Positions 54,979 to 64,000 of a stretch of 64,000 nt of DNA are shown piece after piece; position 1 is the first letter of the stretch, and each line of letters begins with the position of its first letter. Made by a program: the position numbers and the translations under genes. The DNA lies in IMG/VR virus record IMGVR_UViG_3300036715_002842, positions 41,576 to 105,575 of that record; one strand, 5' to 3'. This DNA comes from a virus. The notes under the pieces were generated by a model, which did not search any database, was not told where the DNA came from, and saw only the letters and a program-made list of their open reading frames with translations.

Positions 54979-56097
54979 ATGTCAGCTGTAGCACCTCAAA
55001 ACCCCTTCATTGTGAAAGCAACTGGCGAACCAGTTGAGTCTCTGAAGGTTCTCGCACCGACTAGCGACGGTCGGATGCAGGAATCCCGTGACTCCCTGGT
55101 AGGCGCCGGCGGAGAAATCAATGCCTATTCCCGCAAGGATGCAATGGGCGTGATCTCCGGCCTGATGGCACGCGCAAGCTCCGGCGAGCTCACTCGTCAG
55201 GCTTCCGTGGCCCGTCAGTCTGCCCTCAACAAGTTAGCCGCGGAAATCCGTCAGGCTTACGTCAACCGCGACGCCGCTAACTTCGGCATGCTGGGTGAGG
55301 AAATCACCAACGAAATCCGCATGACCGTAGCACGTACCGGCTTCATTCGCCGCTTCCTGCAAGAGCGCGAGCTCGAGCCCGGCGAAGAGACCAAGATCTA
55401 CCTGCGCAAGCAGGACACCTTGGCCTTCACCTTGGAAACTGATTCCATGGTGCCCCGTTCGCACATCAAGCAGCGCGAAGTGTACCTCCGTGAGTACTAC
55501 GTCTCCAGCAACATCCAGATCGAAGAGAAGGAAATCGCTCGTCTGCGCGTAGACCTTCTCCAGGAAAAGCTGGAAGATGGGCACGAAATGGTTCAGGTCC
55601 AGGAAGATCGCCAGATGAAGATCCTGGCCGATGCAGCTTCCAGCGCCCTGAACGTGCCAATGTACTTCAGCTCCCTGACCCCTGCGGTCTACCAGAGCCT
55701 GAAGAACCAGGTCGAGAGCCGTGGTGTGCCGGTCAGCGCTTGCTGGCTCGCCAACAACCTCTGGAACGACATCGTTGCCGATCCAGACTTTGTCAACTGG
55801 TTCGATCCCGTTACCAAGCATGAGCTGATCCTCACCGGTGAACTCGGATCTATGCTGGGCGTGGCAATCCACACCGACGCATTCATCGACTCCCAACTCC
55901 GCGTTCTTTCCCGGGGCGACATCTACTTCTTCGGTAAGCCTGGTACACTCGGCCAGTTCCTTATCCGCAAGCAGCTGTCCAGCCAGGAACTGAACCACGG
56001 CCTGATTGGTGTCCCTGCACGTGGCTGGTACCTGATGGAGATCGTGGCTCCTGCGATCGTCAATGCTAATGCGGTGGCTAGGGGGACGAAACTCTGA
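54979..56097 (+). CDS. Major capsid protein (HK97-like)
   Basis: 372 aa, strongly biased codons; R.GFIRRFL, IQIEEKEI, QEDR, G.LG...GV.I.TD, GW...E....AIVN..AV pattern; followed by a terminator. Confidence 0.75.
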   Translation: MSAVAPQNPFIVKATGEPVESLKVLAPTSDGRMQESRDSLVGAGGEINAYSRKDAMGVISGLMARASSGELTRQASVARQSALNKLAAEIRQAYVNRDAANFGMLGEEITNEIRMTVARTGFIRRFLQERELEPGEETKIYLRKQDTLAFTLETDSMVPRSHIKQREVYLREYYVSSNIQIEEKEIARLRVDLLQEKLEDGHEMVQVQEDRQMKILADAASSALNVPMYFSSLTPAVYQSLKNQVESRGVPVSACWLANNLWNDIVADPDFVNWFDPVTKHELILTGELGSMLGVAIHTDAFIDSQLRVLSRGDIYFFGKPGTLGQFLIRKQLSSQELNHGLIGVPARGWYLMEIVAPAIVNANAVARGTKL

Positions 56098-56138
56098 GGC
56101 TAGGATCCAAGTAGTAATCCAGGTTTCAAGGTTAAAAT

Positions 56139-56168
56139 GGGGGAGGGAGAGATCCTTCCCCCATTTTT
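56139..56168 (+). terminator. Intrinsic terminator after MCP
   Basis: TGGGGAGGGA-GAGA-TCCTTCCCCA-TTTTT. Confidence 0.7.
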
Positions 56169-56180
56169 ATCGAGAAAAAT

Positions 56181-57200
56181 ATGATTGGAATCTATCGTAT
56201 TTTGAATTTGAACACTTCGAAAAGTTACGTTGGTTCTGCGGTAGATATCAAGAAACGTTGGAGCGGTCATCTACTTGAACTCCGTAAGAATGTTCATCAC
56301 TCTCCAAAGCTTCAGAACTCGTGGAACAAGCATGGCAAGGATGCTTTCAGATTTGAGGTTCTTCAGGAATGTGAAGAGGATAGGCTGAACTGGCTTGAAG
56401 CTTTCTGGAGTCAGAAGCTTGATGCGGTGAACAATGGTTATTGCATGATTGCACTTACCCTTGATGGTGAGAGGGTGGTTCGTAGACACCATCCAGAATC
56501 TCGTAAACTACTCAAGTTGGCAGGAAAGAAGAATTGGTCTCTGAATCGGGAAAGCATGACTGCGAAAGCAATCGAACGTGGTAAAGATCCAGAGTTTCTC
56601 AAGAAGTTAAGTAGAGCCGGAAAGATTACCTGGGAAGTCAAAAGGGAACTTCTTACCCAGAAGTGTCATGAAAGATGTGCTACTGAAGAGTTCCGAGAAA
56701 AGCTAAGAAAAGCCGGTCGGGGTTTTCATAACCTACCTTCAGATCACCCTTCAAAACTTCAATGGATAGAATCCATGAAAAAGAACCGAAATACCGAAGA
56801 ATATAAAGAAGATCGTCGAAGAAAAATGCTTAAACTGTATGAGGATCATCCAGAACTTCGAGAGTTGGTAGGAAAGCAATTAAATACACTAGAAAATAGA
56901 GAGAAATTAAAAAAGAGACTCAATGACCCAGATGTGAAGGCTAAGCTAAAAGCTCCTCGTCACACTACTCCAGAATCTCGACAGAGGCTTTCTGATAACA
57001 TTCGAGAGTATTATGATAATCGAACCGAGGAGGAGCGTTTAGCTAGAAATGAAAAGTGTAAATGGAATGAGGAGAGATTTACAAAGTTTGCTGCTACAAT
57101 GGCTGGAAAACTCTGGTGGAAGAACGAAGAGTTGAAGAAAGCTACTAAGTCTTTGGAATGTCCGGGTGAGGGTTGGGTTCGAGGAAAGAAGTTAATCTAG
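56181..57200 (+). CDS. GIY-YIG homing endonuclease
   Basis: GIYRILN...SYVGSA.DIKKRW..H...L...HHS..LQ.SW.K.G...F.FEVL...E; NUMOD-like basic C-terminus. Confidence 0.9.
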   Translation: MIGIYRILNLNTSKSYVGSAVDIKKRWSGHLLELRKNVHHSPKLQNSWNKHGKDAFRFEVLQECEEDRLNWLEAFWSQKLDAVNNGYCMIALTLDGERVVRRHHPESRKLLKLAGKKNWSLNRESMTAKAIERGKDPEFLKKLSRAGKITWEVKRELLTQKCHERCATEEFREKLRKAGRGFHNLPSDHPSKLQWIESMKKNRNTEEYKEDRRRKMLKLYEDHPELRELVGKQLNTLENREKLKKRLNDPDVKAKLKAPRHTTPESRQRLSDNIREYYDNRTEEERLARNEKCKWNEERFTKFAATMAGKLWWKNEELKKATKSLECPGEGWVRGKKLI

Positions 57201-57377
57201 TAAAAACCAATCGTCCGAATCCATCCAGTTCTCCGTCTTTTCAAGCCAAGGTCTTATAAATTGACCGTCCTCGTTGCAGAGATCGAATGCTTCAGCGTGG
57301 TTAGGTCGAGGATTCAATAAATCCTGGATTTCGATCCCTTCCCTTTTTGTATTCTTCTTTCAGGGTTAGATTAGTGT

Positions 57378-59138
57378 ATGGATTTTTTAAGCGAACTTCG
57401 AAAAGTGGCCATTAACGAATCTGGAGTTTGGATTCGAGATTGGGTACTAGAAAAGAGGCACCCGGATCTTGTTAGTCAATTAAAAATCGAGACCAGCTTT
57501 TGCCCTGAAACTGTTTCGTTGCAATTCCGCTATCAGCTTTTAGATAGGGGTATGTCAAGTCTTCCAAAGTGCGGTACCTGTGGTAAGGATTTGATTGCTT
57601 TCAAATCTTACTGCAATACGAAATGTGCTAACAACGCACCTCATAGAATTGAAGAACAAAGAGCTTCAGCGGATCAACTACATACCAAGGTTGCAAGAGA
57701 AAAAGCAATCAAAACCTGTCAAAAGAAGTATGGTGCGGATTTTCCTTTTCAAAGCCCAGGTATTCAAGAAAAAGCTTCAGAAAGGATTTTTGAACGTTTC
57801 GGTGCCTCATCGGCGATGCAGGATGCTACAATTCTTTCTAAAGCTCGGGCTACCTGGGATGCTAAAACCGAAGAGGAGCTAACAACCATTCAGCAGCGAA
57901 GGGAACTCTCCACTCTTCAATCAACTGGTAGTCGGTGGGCGTTTCTTACGAAAGAGTCTGTTACCAGGTTGACTAGAACCGCTTGGTTACCTGAGACACG
58001 AAAGAAGAGAATTCAGACTAACCTCGAAAGATGGGGCCATGATCATCCAACAAAAAATCTGCTTGTTCGAAGAAAATTGGAAATCAAGAGATATCCGGCA
58101 GAGGTTCTAGATAAACTGGAAAGTAAAGAATTCTGGCTGGACCAGTACTTCGAAAAGAAATTACCTCTTTATCAAATTGCAGAAAATCTTGGTGTAAACG
58201 ATACAAATATTGCAAGCTACTTTTATCGGTTTGGCTTTGAAGTTAGAGAATCCTCTTTTGTTTCTAATGAGGAGGTTGATTTCAGGGCATTCCTTCTATC
58301 CGCCATAGATGGGGAAGAGGTACATATCAACTGTAAATTCTCGGAAATTTCAGAGGATTCAACCTTACCAAGACAAGAGTTGGATCTCTATCTACCAAAT
58401 AGAAAACTAGCTTTCGAGTACAATGGAATTTGGTACCACGACGAGTATCATGGGAGGGATAAAAATTACCATCTTAGAAAAACCCTCGAGTGCGAGCGGC
58501 TTGGGGTAAGACTCATTCACGTATGGTCAGATGATTGGATTCTCAAAAGAGATTGCATGATCTCGAAGATTCTTGCTTTGTTAGGTCAAAGTTCTAAGCG
58601 TGTGTACGCTAGAAACTGTGAAGTCCTAAGCGTAGATAAGACTTCTAAAGCAGAATTTTATAGGCAACACCATATTAAGGGTAATGGTGGAGGAAGCATT
58701 GATCTGGGCCTCTTTCACCAAGACCAGCTAGTAGCCTGCATGACTTTGAAAGACATGAAGGACGGAATTTACGACCTTAACCGTTACGCAACCTCTTGCA
58801 GTGTTGTAGGCGGATTCAGTAAATTACTCAGTCATTTCAAGAAAAATACTAATTGGTCAAAAATCTATACCTACGCAGATCGAAGTTGGAGTCGTGGGGA
58901 CGTGTATCTAAAATCTGGTTTCAGCCTTGTTGGTGAGACTGAACCAGAGTTCTATGGTGTTGAGGGTGTTAAGCGAATCAACCGCTTACACTACACGAAG
59001 GAACTTCTTTCGAAGATTCTTCCATCTTATAGAGATGATTTGTCCCAACTAGGAAATCTGCGTGCTTCTAATATTCCAATTCTTTGGGGTTGTGGACAGT
59101 TGAAATTTGAAATCTCTAAATCCACCTTGACATTTTAA
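57378..59138 (+). CDS. Free-standing homing-type endonuclease, paralog 3
   Basis: CGTCG..YCNTKC, ELDLYLPNRKLAFEYNGIWYH, IHVWSDDW, YDLNRYA, WGCGQ. Confidence 0.75.
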   Translation: MDFLSELRKVAINESGVWIRDWVLEKRHPDLVSQLKIETSFCPETVSLQFRYQLLDRGMSSLPKCGTCGKDLIAFKSYCNTKCANNAPHRIEEQRASADQLHTKVAREKAIKTCQKKYGADFPFQSPGIQEKASERIFERFGASSAMQDATILSKARATWDAKTEEELTTIQQRRELSTLQSTGSRWAFLTKESVTRLTRTAWLPETRKKRIQTNLERWGHDHPTKNLLVRRKLEIKRYPAEVLDKLESKEFWLDQYFEKKLPLYQIAENLGVNDTNIASYFYRFGFEVRESSFVSNEEVDFRAFLLSAIDGEEVHINCKFSEISEDSTLPRQELDLYLPNRKLAFEYNGIWYHDEYHGRDKNYHLRKTLECERLGVRLIHVWSDDWILKRDCMISKILALLGQSSKRVYARNCEVLSVDKTSKAEFYRQHHIKGNGGGSIDLGLFHQDQLVACMTLKDMKDGIYDLNRYATSCSVVGGFSKLLSHFKKNTNWSKIYTYADRSWSRGDVYLKSGFSLVGETEPEFYGVEGVKRINRLHYTKELLSKILPSYRDDLSQLGNLRASNIPILWGCGQLKFEISKSTLTF

Positions 59139-59154
59139 TTGTCATCCGTATATT
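59127..59154 (+). promoter_or_regulatory. Promoter TTGACA-N16-TATATT with partial TGAC-N9-GTCA palindrome
   Basis: Degenerate copy of the recurrent motif. Confidence 0.6.
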
Positions 59155-59173
59155 AGTGGGTGGAGATAGTCCT

Positions 59174-59350
59174 ATGTTGATCCGACTTCTTATTCTTTGG
59201 CTCCTTGCCATCTTCTTCACGTGGCTCCTGGGAACGTTCGGGATCAACACGTATCGAGCCTTCGGTGGGTATCCCCGGCTCGGGATGTTCGTTCTGCTTG
59301 GTCTCCTTGTGATTTGTCTGAATCTTCTGGAAGTCGGGGAGAAGGAATGA
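59174..59350 (+). CDS. Small two-TM membrane protein
   Basis: Hydrophobic, 58 aa, SD GGAGA. Confidence 0.6.
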   Translation: MLIRLLILWLLAIFFTWLLGTFGINTYRAFGGYPRLGMFVLLGLLVICLNLLEVGEKE

Positions 59351-59395
59351 TCACCCTCGACGAAACAATCAAGATCTGAAAGTTTCCCTCGAAAC

Positions 59396-59428
59396 TACCC
59401 TTGACAATTTAATGGTCAAGGGTATATT
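59396..59428 (+). promoter_or_regulatory. Palindromic promoter TACCCTTGAC-N9-GTCAAGGGTA
   Basis: 10-bp arms; near-identical to the 35972 copy. Confidence 0.75.
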
Positions 59429-59446
59429 TATTGGTGGGAGGCAACA

Positions 59447-59758
59447 ATGCGAACCATCGAGGTCAATCCCGCGAACTGGGTCAGCAAGGAAAATGTCAAG
59501 GTCAAGGTGACCAACGATGGCCGGTTCGAAGTCTACGGATACAAGTTCCGGATGGAGACCAAGCCCTGCATCGATCCGAAGGAAGATCTGGGTGCGTTCG
59601 CAACCGTGTTCATCAACCAGGGCGGCAAGGAAACCAAGGCGTTCAGCGGCTTCCAGATGAAGGCCGGTGGTGAATGGTGCTTCCATAGCTTGGGAGTGGA
59701 GCGTGAAGACAACGATCCCTTCGTCGCTGCCACCCAGATTATCTGCAACACTTTCTGA
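59447..59758 (+). CDS. Hypothetical (probably early) protein
   Basis: SD GGAGG, high GC3. Confidence 0.7.
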   Translation: MRTIEVNPANWVSKENVKVKVTNDGRFEVYGYKFRMETKPCIDPKEDLGAFATVFINQGGKETKAFSGFQMKAGGEWCFHSLGVEREDNDPFVAATQIICNTF

Positions 59759-60066
59759 GGTCAACATGATCACCGAAATCAACCGCAGCAATCTTAAGAC
59801 CCTCTGAGCGCGATATACGCGAATTTGAGCGGCTCCGGCAGAAACTTCTGACGCCGTAACCCATACTTCAACACCCCTTGAGAAAACGATCAGAACATGC
59901 GAGGTAGTTATGGTTCAAGTTCCGAAAGAACTCTGGGATAGAATAATCGAGGCACTTGAAAGTGCCAGCTTATGTGATCATGATCTTGTCCCACAAGTTC
60001 TCAAAGAGATTGAAACTCTTGATAGTCCTGGTAGAAAACAGTAGACCGCGGTTACTCGAGCGTACT

Positions 60067-60432
60067 TTAACCAACCATCTTCTTAAGTTCGCTCGCAGTT
60101 TGAAGAAGGTAAGGGGCAAGAGACCTCTTATCTTCTTCAAAATGCTGAACAAGAATATCTTCTACCGGGAATGGAAGTCTCTTTCGAATCGAGTGCTTCA
60201 GTGCCCCTACAATGCGGCCATGTTCTCTCTTATGGGTGTCCAGCTGATCGTAAGCGTACAACTGCATCAAGGTCTCTTCTGTAGAATGGTGTTCTATAAG
60301 AAGGGACAATAAACGAAACATCTCAGAATGACTGGTTAGGTCTGGGAAAGCAATTAGCTCGAACATCTCGCGATGTTGGGCGTCAATGATGGGAATTCCG
60401 GTATCGTAAGAAGTTTTCCATCGCATGTACAT
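60067..60432 (-). CDS. Bacteriohemerythrin-like protein
   Basis: W...Y.TG...ID.QH..., HHSTEE.LM..Y.Y....HKREH, H...D iron-ligand pattern. Confidence 0.8.
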   Translation of the reverse strand: MYMRWKTSYDTGIPIIDAQHREMFELIAFPDLTSHSEMFRLLSLLIEHHSTEETLMQLYAYDQLDTHKREHGRIVGALKHSIRKRLPFPVEDILVQHFEEDKRSLAPYLLQTASELKKMVG

Positions 60433-60477
60433 AATAATATGATAGACTACGAAGGTTAATTTATAGTGGAGGTTTCA

Positions 60478-60642
60478 ATGACTAAGACACATGTTCGCCC
60501 GGCGACTTGCAAATATTTAAACCGTGCGGGCAACCATTGTCAACTCCATCAGAAGGATGGTACTCCCTACTGCCGCAAGCACCAGAAGATGGTCGCAGAG
60601 GGAAAGGTGTGGCGTACCAAGGTCCTTGAAGTGGCTTCATGA
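60478..60642 (+). CDS. Small Cys/His zinc-binding protein (54 aa)
   Basis: Hand-translated ...TCKY...GNHC...YCRKH; SD GGAGG. Confidence 0.6.
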   Translation: MTKTHVRPATCKYLNRAGNHCQLHQKDGTPYCRKHQKMVAEGKVWRTKVLEVAS

Positions 60643-60923
60643 TCTCAATCGAACGACTCTACAACTGTATTAGTTGGCTCGAAGGGAAAGGGGCAACTTC
60701 CTTTTCTGTCTGCATTTCGGAACAGATGCTTCGGTTCTGGTGTCACGAAGATCCGAAGAATGTTGAAGTGAATCCTAAGGGGGATCACCTGGGGTTCATC
60801 AAGAACTATCCGGTCATTCGAACCGACAGTAAGGTGGGTTTGATCAAGTGCATCATGGGTGGTGGGATCCACTACGAGCATATCCACGAAGAACACAGAG
60901 GATCCAACAAAACAATGCGTTAG
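60639..60923 (+). CDS. Hypothetical protein
   Basis: ATGA coupling. Confidence 0.55.
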   Translation: MISIERLYNCISWLEGKGATSFSVCISEQMLRFWCHEDPKNVEVNPKGDHLGFIKNYPVIRTDSKVGLIKCIMGGGIHYEHIHEEHRGSNKTMR

Positions 60924-60930
60924 ATAGAGG

Positions 60931-61992
60931 ATGAAGAACCTAGCCTCTACCTATCGACCGAAGAACATCCGGCAGTTGCACGGCCAGAAGCATATCAAGT
61001 TGGCGCTCAGCAATCTGCTCAAGGATTTCAATCGCTGCGGAGAACTTCCCAGATCTCTCATCGTGACTGGACCTTGGGGAACTGGTAAGACCACGATCAG
61101 CAGAATGCTTCTGCGCTACATTGCCTGTTCCAAAGGTCCTCTCGCTGCCTGCAATGAGTGTGAGTCCTGCAAAGCGTTGGACAAGGACCAGAATCCAGAC
61201 TACTTTGAGATTGATGCCGCCAGCCATAATGGTGTGGACGACGTGGGCCTGTTCCAAGAATGGGCTAGCTTCAAAACTCGATATAAACGGCGATTTTTAG
61301 TGTTGGATGAAGCCCACCGTCTATCCAAGCAAGCGTGGGACTGCCTCCTCAAATTTCTAGAGGATTCAACGCAGAATACCACGTTTGTCTTCTGCACCAC
61401 CGAACGTGACAAGATTCCCTCTACTATCATCAGCCGTTCAACCGAATTGAAGCTCCTGAAGATTCGTCCTGAGGATCTGGTCCTACTGGGGAAGGAAGTT
61501 GCGGCCCAGGAAAACATCACCTTTGAGTCTGAAGAGGGTCTTCTGAATCTGGTTCGTCGTGCGGATGGACATGCACGTGACCTATTGAAGTTTATTGAAC
61601 AGGCCGAATTGTATGGTATCGAGGATCCGGTCAAAGGTCGGTTCATCACAAACGATGCCATCTTCACTATGTTGGAGATCTACGATCTCAAGGCGGCAAA
61701 GGATACGGTTCGAGCAATTTTTAATCGAGACAAAAAACAAATCGTGGAAGCGGTTCGAGAGAAGTATACAACTGCTTCTTACTTCGTGATCTCCCTTCTC
61801 GAGTTGCTTCGCCATGAACTGTTCAGCAGATCCCTCCTGCAAACTGAAACTGAATTCAAGGGTGCCTCTCTAGAAAGCATCATCCGCTTGTGCGGTCTCC
61901 TCGAAGAATGTCTAGGTCGGTTAAATCTAGGAGAGTCCCTTTCCACTCTTTACATTGCATACGAACGTTGGGTCCAGGGAGAATCCGCATGA
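60931..61992 (+). CDS. dnaX: Clamp loader, DNA polymerase III gamma/tau-like
   Basis: LASTYRP, GQ.H, GPWGTGKTT, CNECESC, EIDAAS..GVDD, LDEAH.LS, TIISR, GHARD. Confidence 0.9.
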   Translation: MKNLASTYRPKNIRQLHGQKHIKLALSNLLKDFNRCGELPRSLIVTGPWGTGKTTISRMLLRYIACSKGPLAACNECESCKALDKDQNPDYFEIDAASHNGVDDVGLFQEWASFKTRYKRRFLVLDEAHRLSKQAWDCLLKFLEDSTQNTTFVFCTTERDKIPSTIISRSTELKLLKIRPEDLVLLGKEVAAQENITFESEEGLLNLVRRADGHARDLLKFIEQAELYGIEDPVKGRFITNDAIFTMLEIYDLKAAKDTVRAIFNRDKKQIVEAVREKYTTASYFVISLLELLRHELFSRSLLQTETEFKGASLESIIRLCGLLEECLGRLNLGESLSTLYIAYERWVQGESA

Positions 61993-62120
61993 AGAAGTTC
62001 TTCACTTTCACTGGCTGGGTAATGGGTCTCTGTGGCGCTATTGTAGCACTTGGAATCGTCTCCAGGGTTGCTCAGTTCTTCTTTAAGTTGGGTTGGGAAT
62101 TGGTGAGACTGCCTAAATGA
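61989..62120 (+). CDS. Small membrane peptide
   Basis: MKKFFTFTGWVMGLCGAIVALGIV..., coupled at both ends. Confidence 0.5.
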   Translation: MKKFFTFTGWVMGLCGAIVALGIVSRVAQFFFKLGWELVRLPK

Positions 62121-64000
62121 TCTACTTCAGAAATCTCGAATCCGAGGGCGCCTTCTCCTTCGGTAAAATCAACCTCGAACTAGCCAACCAGGGTCTGACT
62201 CTGATCACCGGTCGTAACCTGGATGACTTCGAGGGTAGCACTGATGGCGGTGCCGCATCCGGGTCCAGTGCGAATGGTGCTGGTAAGAGTTCCCTGCTCG
62301 AAATCCTCACACACAACATCTTCGCAAGCACTGGAAAAGGTGTTCGTAAGAATCAAGTCGTTAACACCGAGTATTCCAAAGGGTACATGTCCAGGCTGAC
62401 TCTGGATCTTGCAGGTGACCAGTATCAGTATCTGCAGACGCGTAACCACACTCCGTTGGGAACGATCAACCAGATTCACAAGATGACCGATGGGAAGTTC
62501 AAGGACCTGGAGATCAAGGGCCTTGAGGAAACGCAGAAGACTTTCCAGCAGAGGGTGAAACTTTCCCTCGATGACTGGTACGCAACGGTCTATGCTTCCC
62601 AGCAGTCCAAGCACCTCTTCACCCGAACAGATAGCAACGATCTCAAGAAGGATATGCTCGCGCGTATCTTCAATCTCAACTACAAAATGTTTCTCGAGGA
62701 TACGAAGAAGCGTCTGGAGGCAACCAGAACCGCTTTGGTGGCTCTCAAGAGTTCAATTGCCTCCACAAAGACCCAAATACAGGGGCAGCTCGCGGCTCTA
62801 CCCTATCATACGGAAACAGACTTCCAAACCGGTATAGCCGAGCTTTCTGCGACCCACGAGGGCATTAAAGCGCTGATTACCACCAAGTCTGAATCGTTGA
62901 CCGCTTTCCAGCAGGCAAAGATCAACAAAGCCACGAAAGCGAACTACGAAACCCAGATTCAAGAGCAGTTGACCATGTGCGGCGCTTGGACTGGTGCTAC
63001 CCCAACTTCGATTGAGCTCCAGAGTACAATCGATGGTGCGAAAGCTCAACTTCAGCAGATTAACACTTCGATCCAAGAAATTAGTTCTTACCTTCAAGTG
63101 CTTCATCAACGTGACGCGGCTCTTCAAGATCTGGAAAATTGGAAAGTGACTGCAGAGTTTGAGAACCTCCCCAAGCTTCCTGAGCTAGAAGCTGCACTTC
63201 AGCAATGCCAGACTTCCCTCTCGAATCTCAAGACAACTTACAGCGATGCTTTCTTCACAAACCTAGACAATCTCAAGACCTACGATTTCACCAAGCTCAA
63301 AGAGATGAAGGCTGAGATTGATCTTCGATCCGATGAGCACAAGACCGCTACTGCGAACCATCGAGACGCAGAGATCCACTTCAAGACCGCGAAAGAGAAT
63401 TGGATCAAGATCCAGTCTGGTACGTGCTATGCTTGCGACCGCCCCTTCCCACCAGAGAAGATGGACTCTGCTAAGGCTGAGTACGATCGTAGAGAGGCGG
63501 AAGAGAAGTCTACAAACCTTCTTTCGACAGATCTGAAGCGAAAGTTGGATCAGCTGGTTGGTGACTATGGGGTCCTGCAGCAGAAGTTCAATGAGTACGA
63601 AAACTACCGTTCGAGGTTATTAGATCCTACCCATCTATCTTGGACCCTTGCAGACTATCAGGCCCAGAAGGCACAACTGGAATCTTCCTATACCACTCAG
63701 AAAGCATTCTTGGATAGCGTTCGGCTTTGTAAGGTTGTGGCTGACAAGTGGCAGACCTACTCTACGGTTGTGGGAGAGTATCTTACCTACGAGAAGTCTC
63801 TGGAAGATCTGAATCATTCCAGCCGAAACTTTACTAATTACTTAATGGCTCTCGCATCTATTCTATCTCTTGTCCAGCAGTACGAGACCATCGTAATCAT
63901 TGAAGTCGAAGAAATAGATGAGATGCAGGTCGGAGCTGAGATCCGTAGACTTAACGACGACAGAGATACCTCGGGCAACGAGTTGTCCATTCTCAATCGC
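62117..64000 (+). CDS. SbcC/Rad50 (gp46-like) recombination ATPase; runs off the window end
   Basis: MIYFRNLESEGAFSFG...GLTLITGRN...NGAGKSS, long coiled coil, zinc hook CYAC at about 63425. Confidence 0.85.
   Translation, partial: MIYFRNLESEGAFSFGKINLELANQGLTLITGRNLDDFEGSTDGGAASGSSANGAGKSSLLEILTHNIFASTGKGVRKNQVVNTEYSKGYMSRLTLDLAGDQYQYLQTRNHTPLGTINQIHKMTDGKFKDLEIKGLEETQKTFQQRVKLSLDDWYATVYASQQSKHLFTRTDSNDLKKDMLARIFNLNYKMFLEDTKKRLEATRTALVALKSSIASTKTQIQGQLAALPYHTETDFQTGIAELSATHEGIKALITTKSESLTAFQQAKINKATKANYETQIQEQLTMCGAWTGATPTSIELQSTIDGAKAQLQQINTSIQEISSYLQVLHQRDAALQDLENWKVTAEFENLPKLPELEAALQQCQTSLSNLKTTYSDAFFTNLDNLKTYDFTKLKEMKAEIDLRSDEHKTATANHRDAEIHFKTAKENWIKIQSGTCYACDRPFPPEKMDSAKAEYDRREAEEKSTNLLSTDLKRKLDQLVGDYGVLQQKFNEYENYRSRLLDPTHLSWTLADYQAQKAQLESSYTTQKAFLDSVRLCKVVADKWQTYSTVVGEYLTYEKSLEDLNHSSRNFTNYLMALASILSLVQQYETIVIIEVEEIDEMQVGAEIRRLNDDRDTSGNELSILNR

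Noticed and set aside
1-64000. Genome-wide TAG reassignment (alternative genetic code)
   Set aside because: Conserved genes are full-length under the standard code and many end at TAG at sensible positions; no TAG-fragmented genes were seen.

Overview
A 64-kb segment of a large, probably jumbo, myovirus-type phage genome. It is densely coding under the standard bacterial code. Structural genes include tail sheath and tube, major capsid protein with a head cluster, and a large Ig-like structural protein. Replication and recombination genes include DnaB, a 5'-3' exonuclease, a clamp and DnaX-like loader, two SF2 helicases, RuvC, RdgC and SbcC/Rad50. The window also carries rIIA/rIIB, 7-deazaguanine DNA-modification genes (queE, folE, dpdA/tgt-like), four free-standing homing-type endonucleases, a decayed TnpB, and auxiliary genes (volactin-like actin, LemA/TPM, hemerythrin, MoxR/VWA). 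The most striking element is on the minus strand at 7.2-10.2 kb: an amber-suppressor tRNA(CUA) and an HNH-RNA-ligase gene lie upstream of a promoter with two tandem ATG-NNN-TAG minigenes. UAG read-through of the first would carry a ribosome across an intrinsic terminator. Read-through of the second would park a ribosome on a hairpin that hides the RBS of an operon ending in a Pth2-like peptidyl-tRNA hydrolase. This looks like a two-step, amber-read-through-gated switch. All protein assignments come from motif recognition by eye; no database searches were run.
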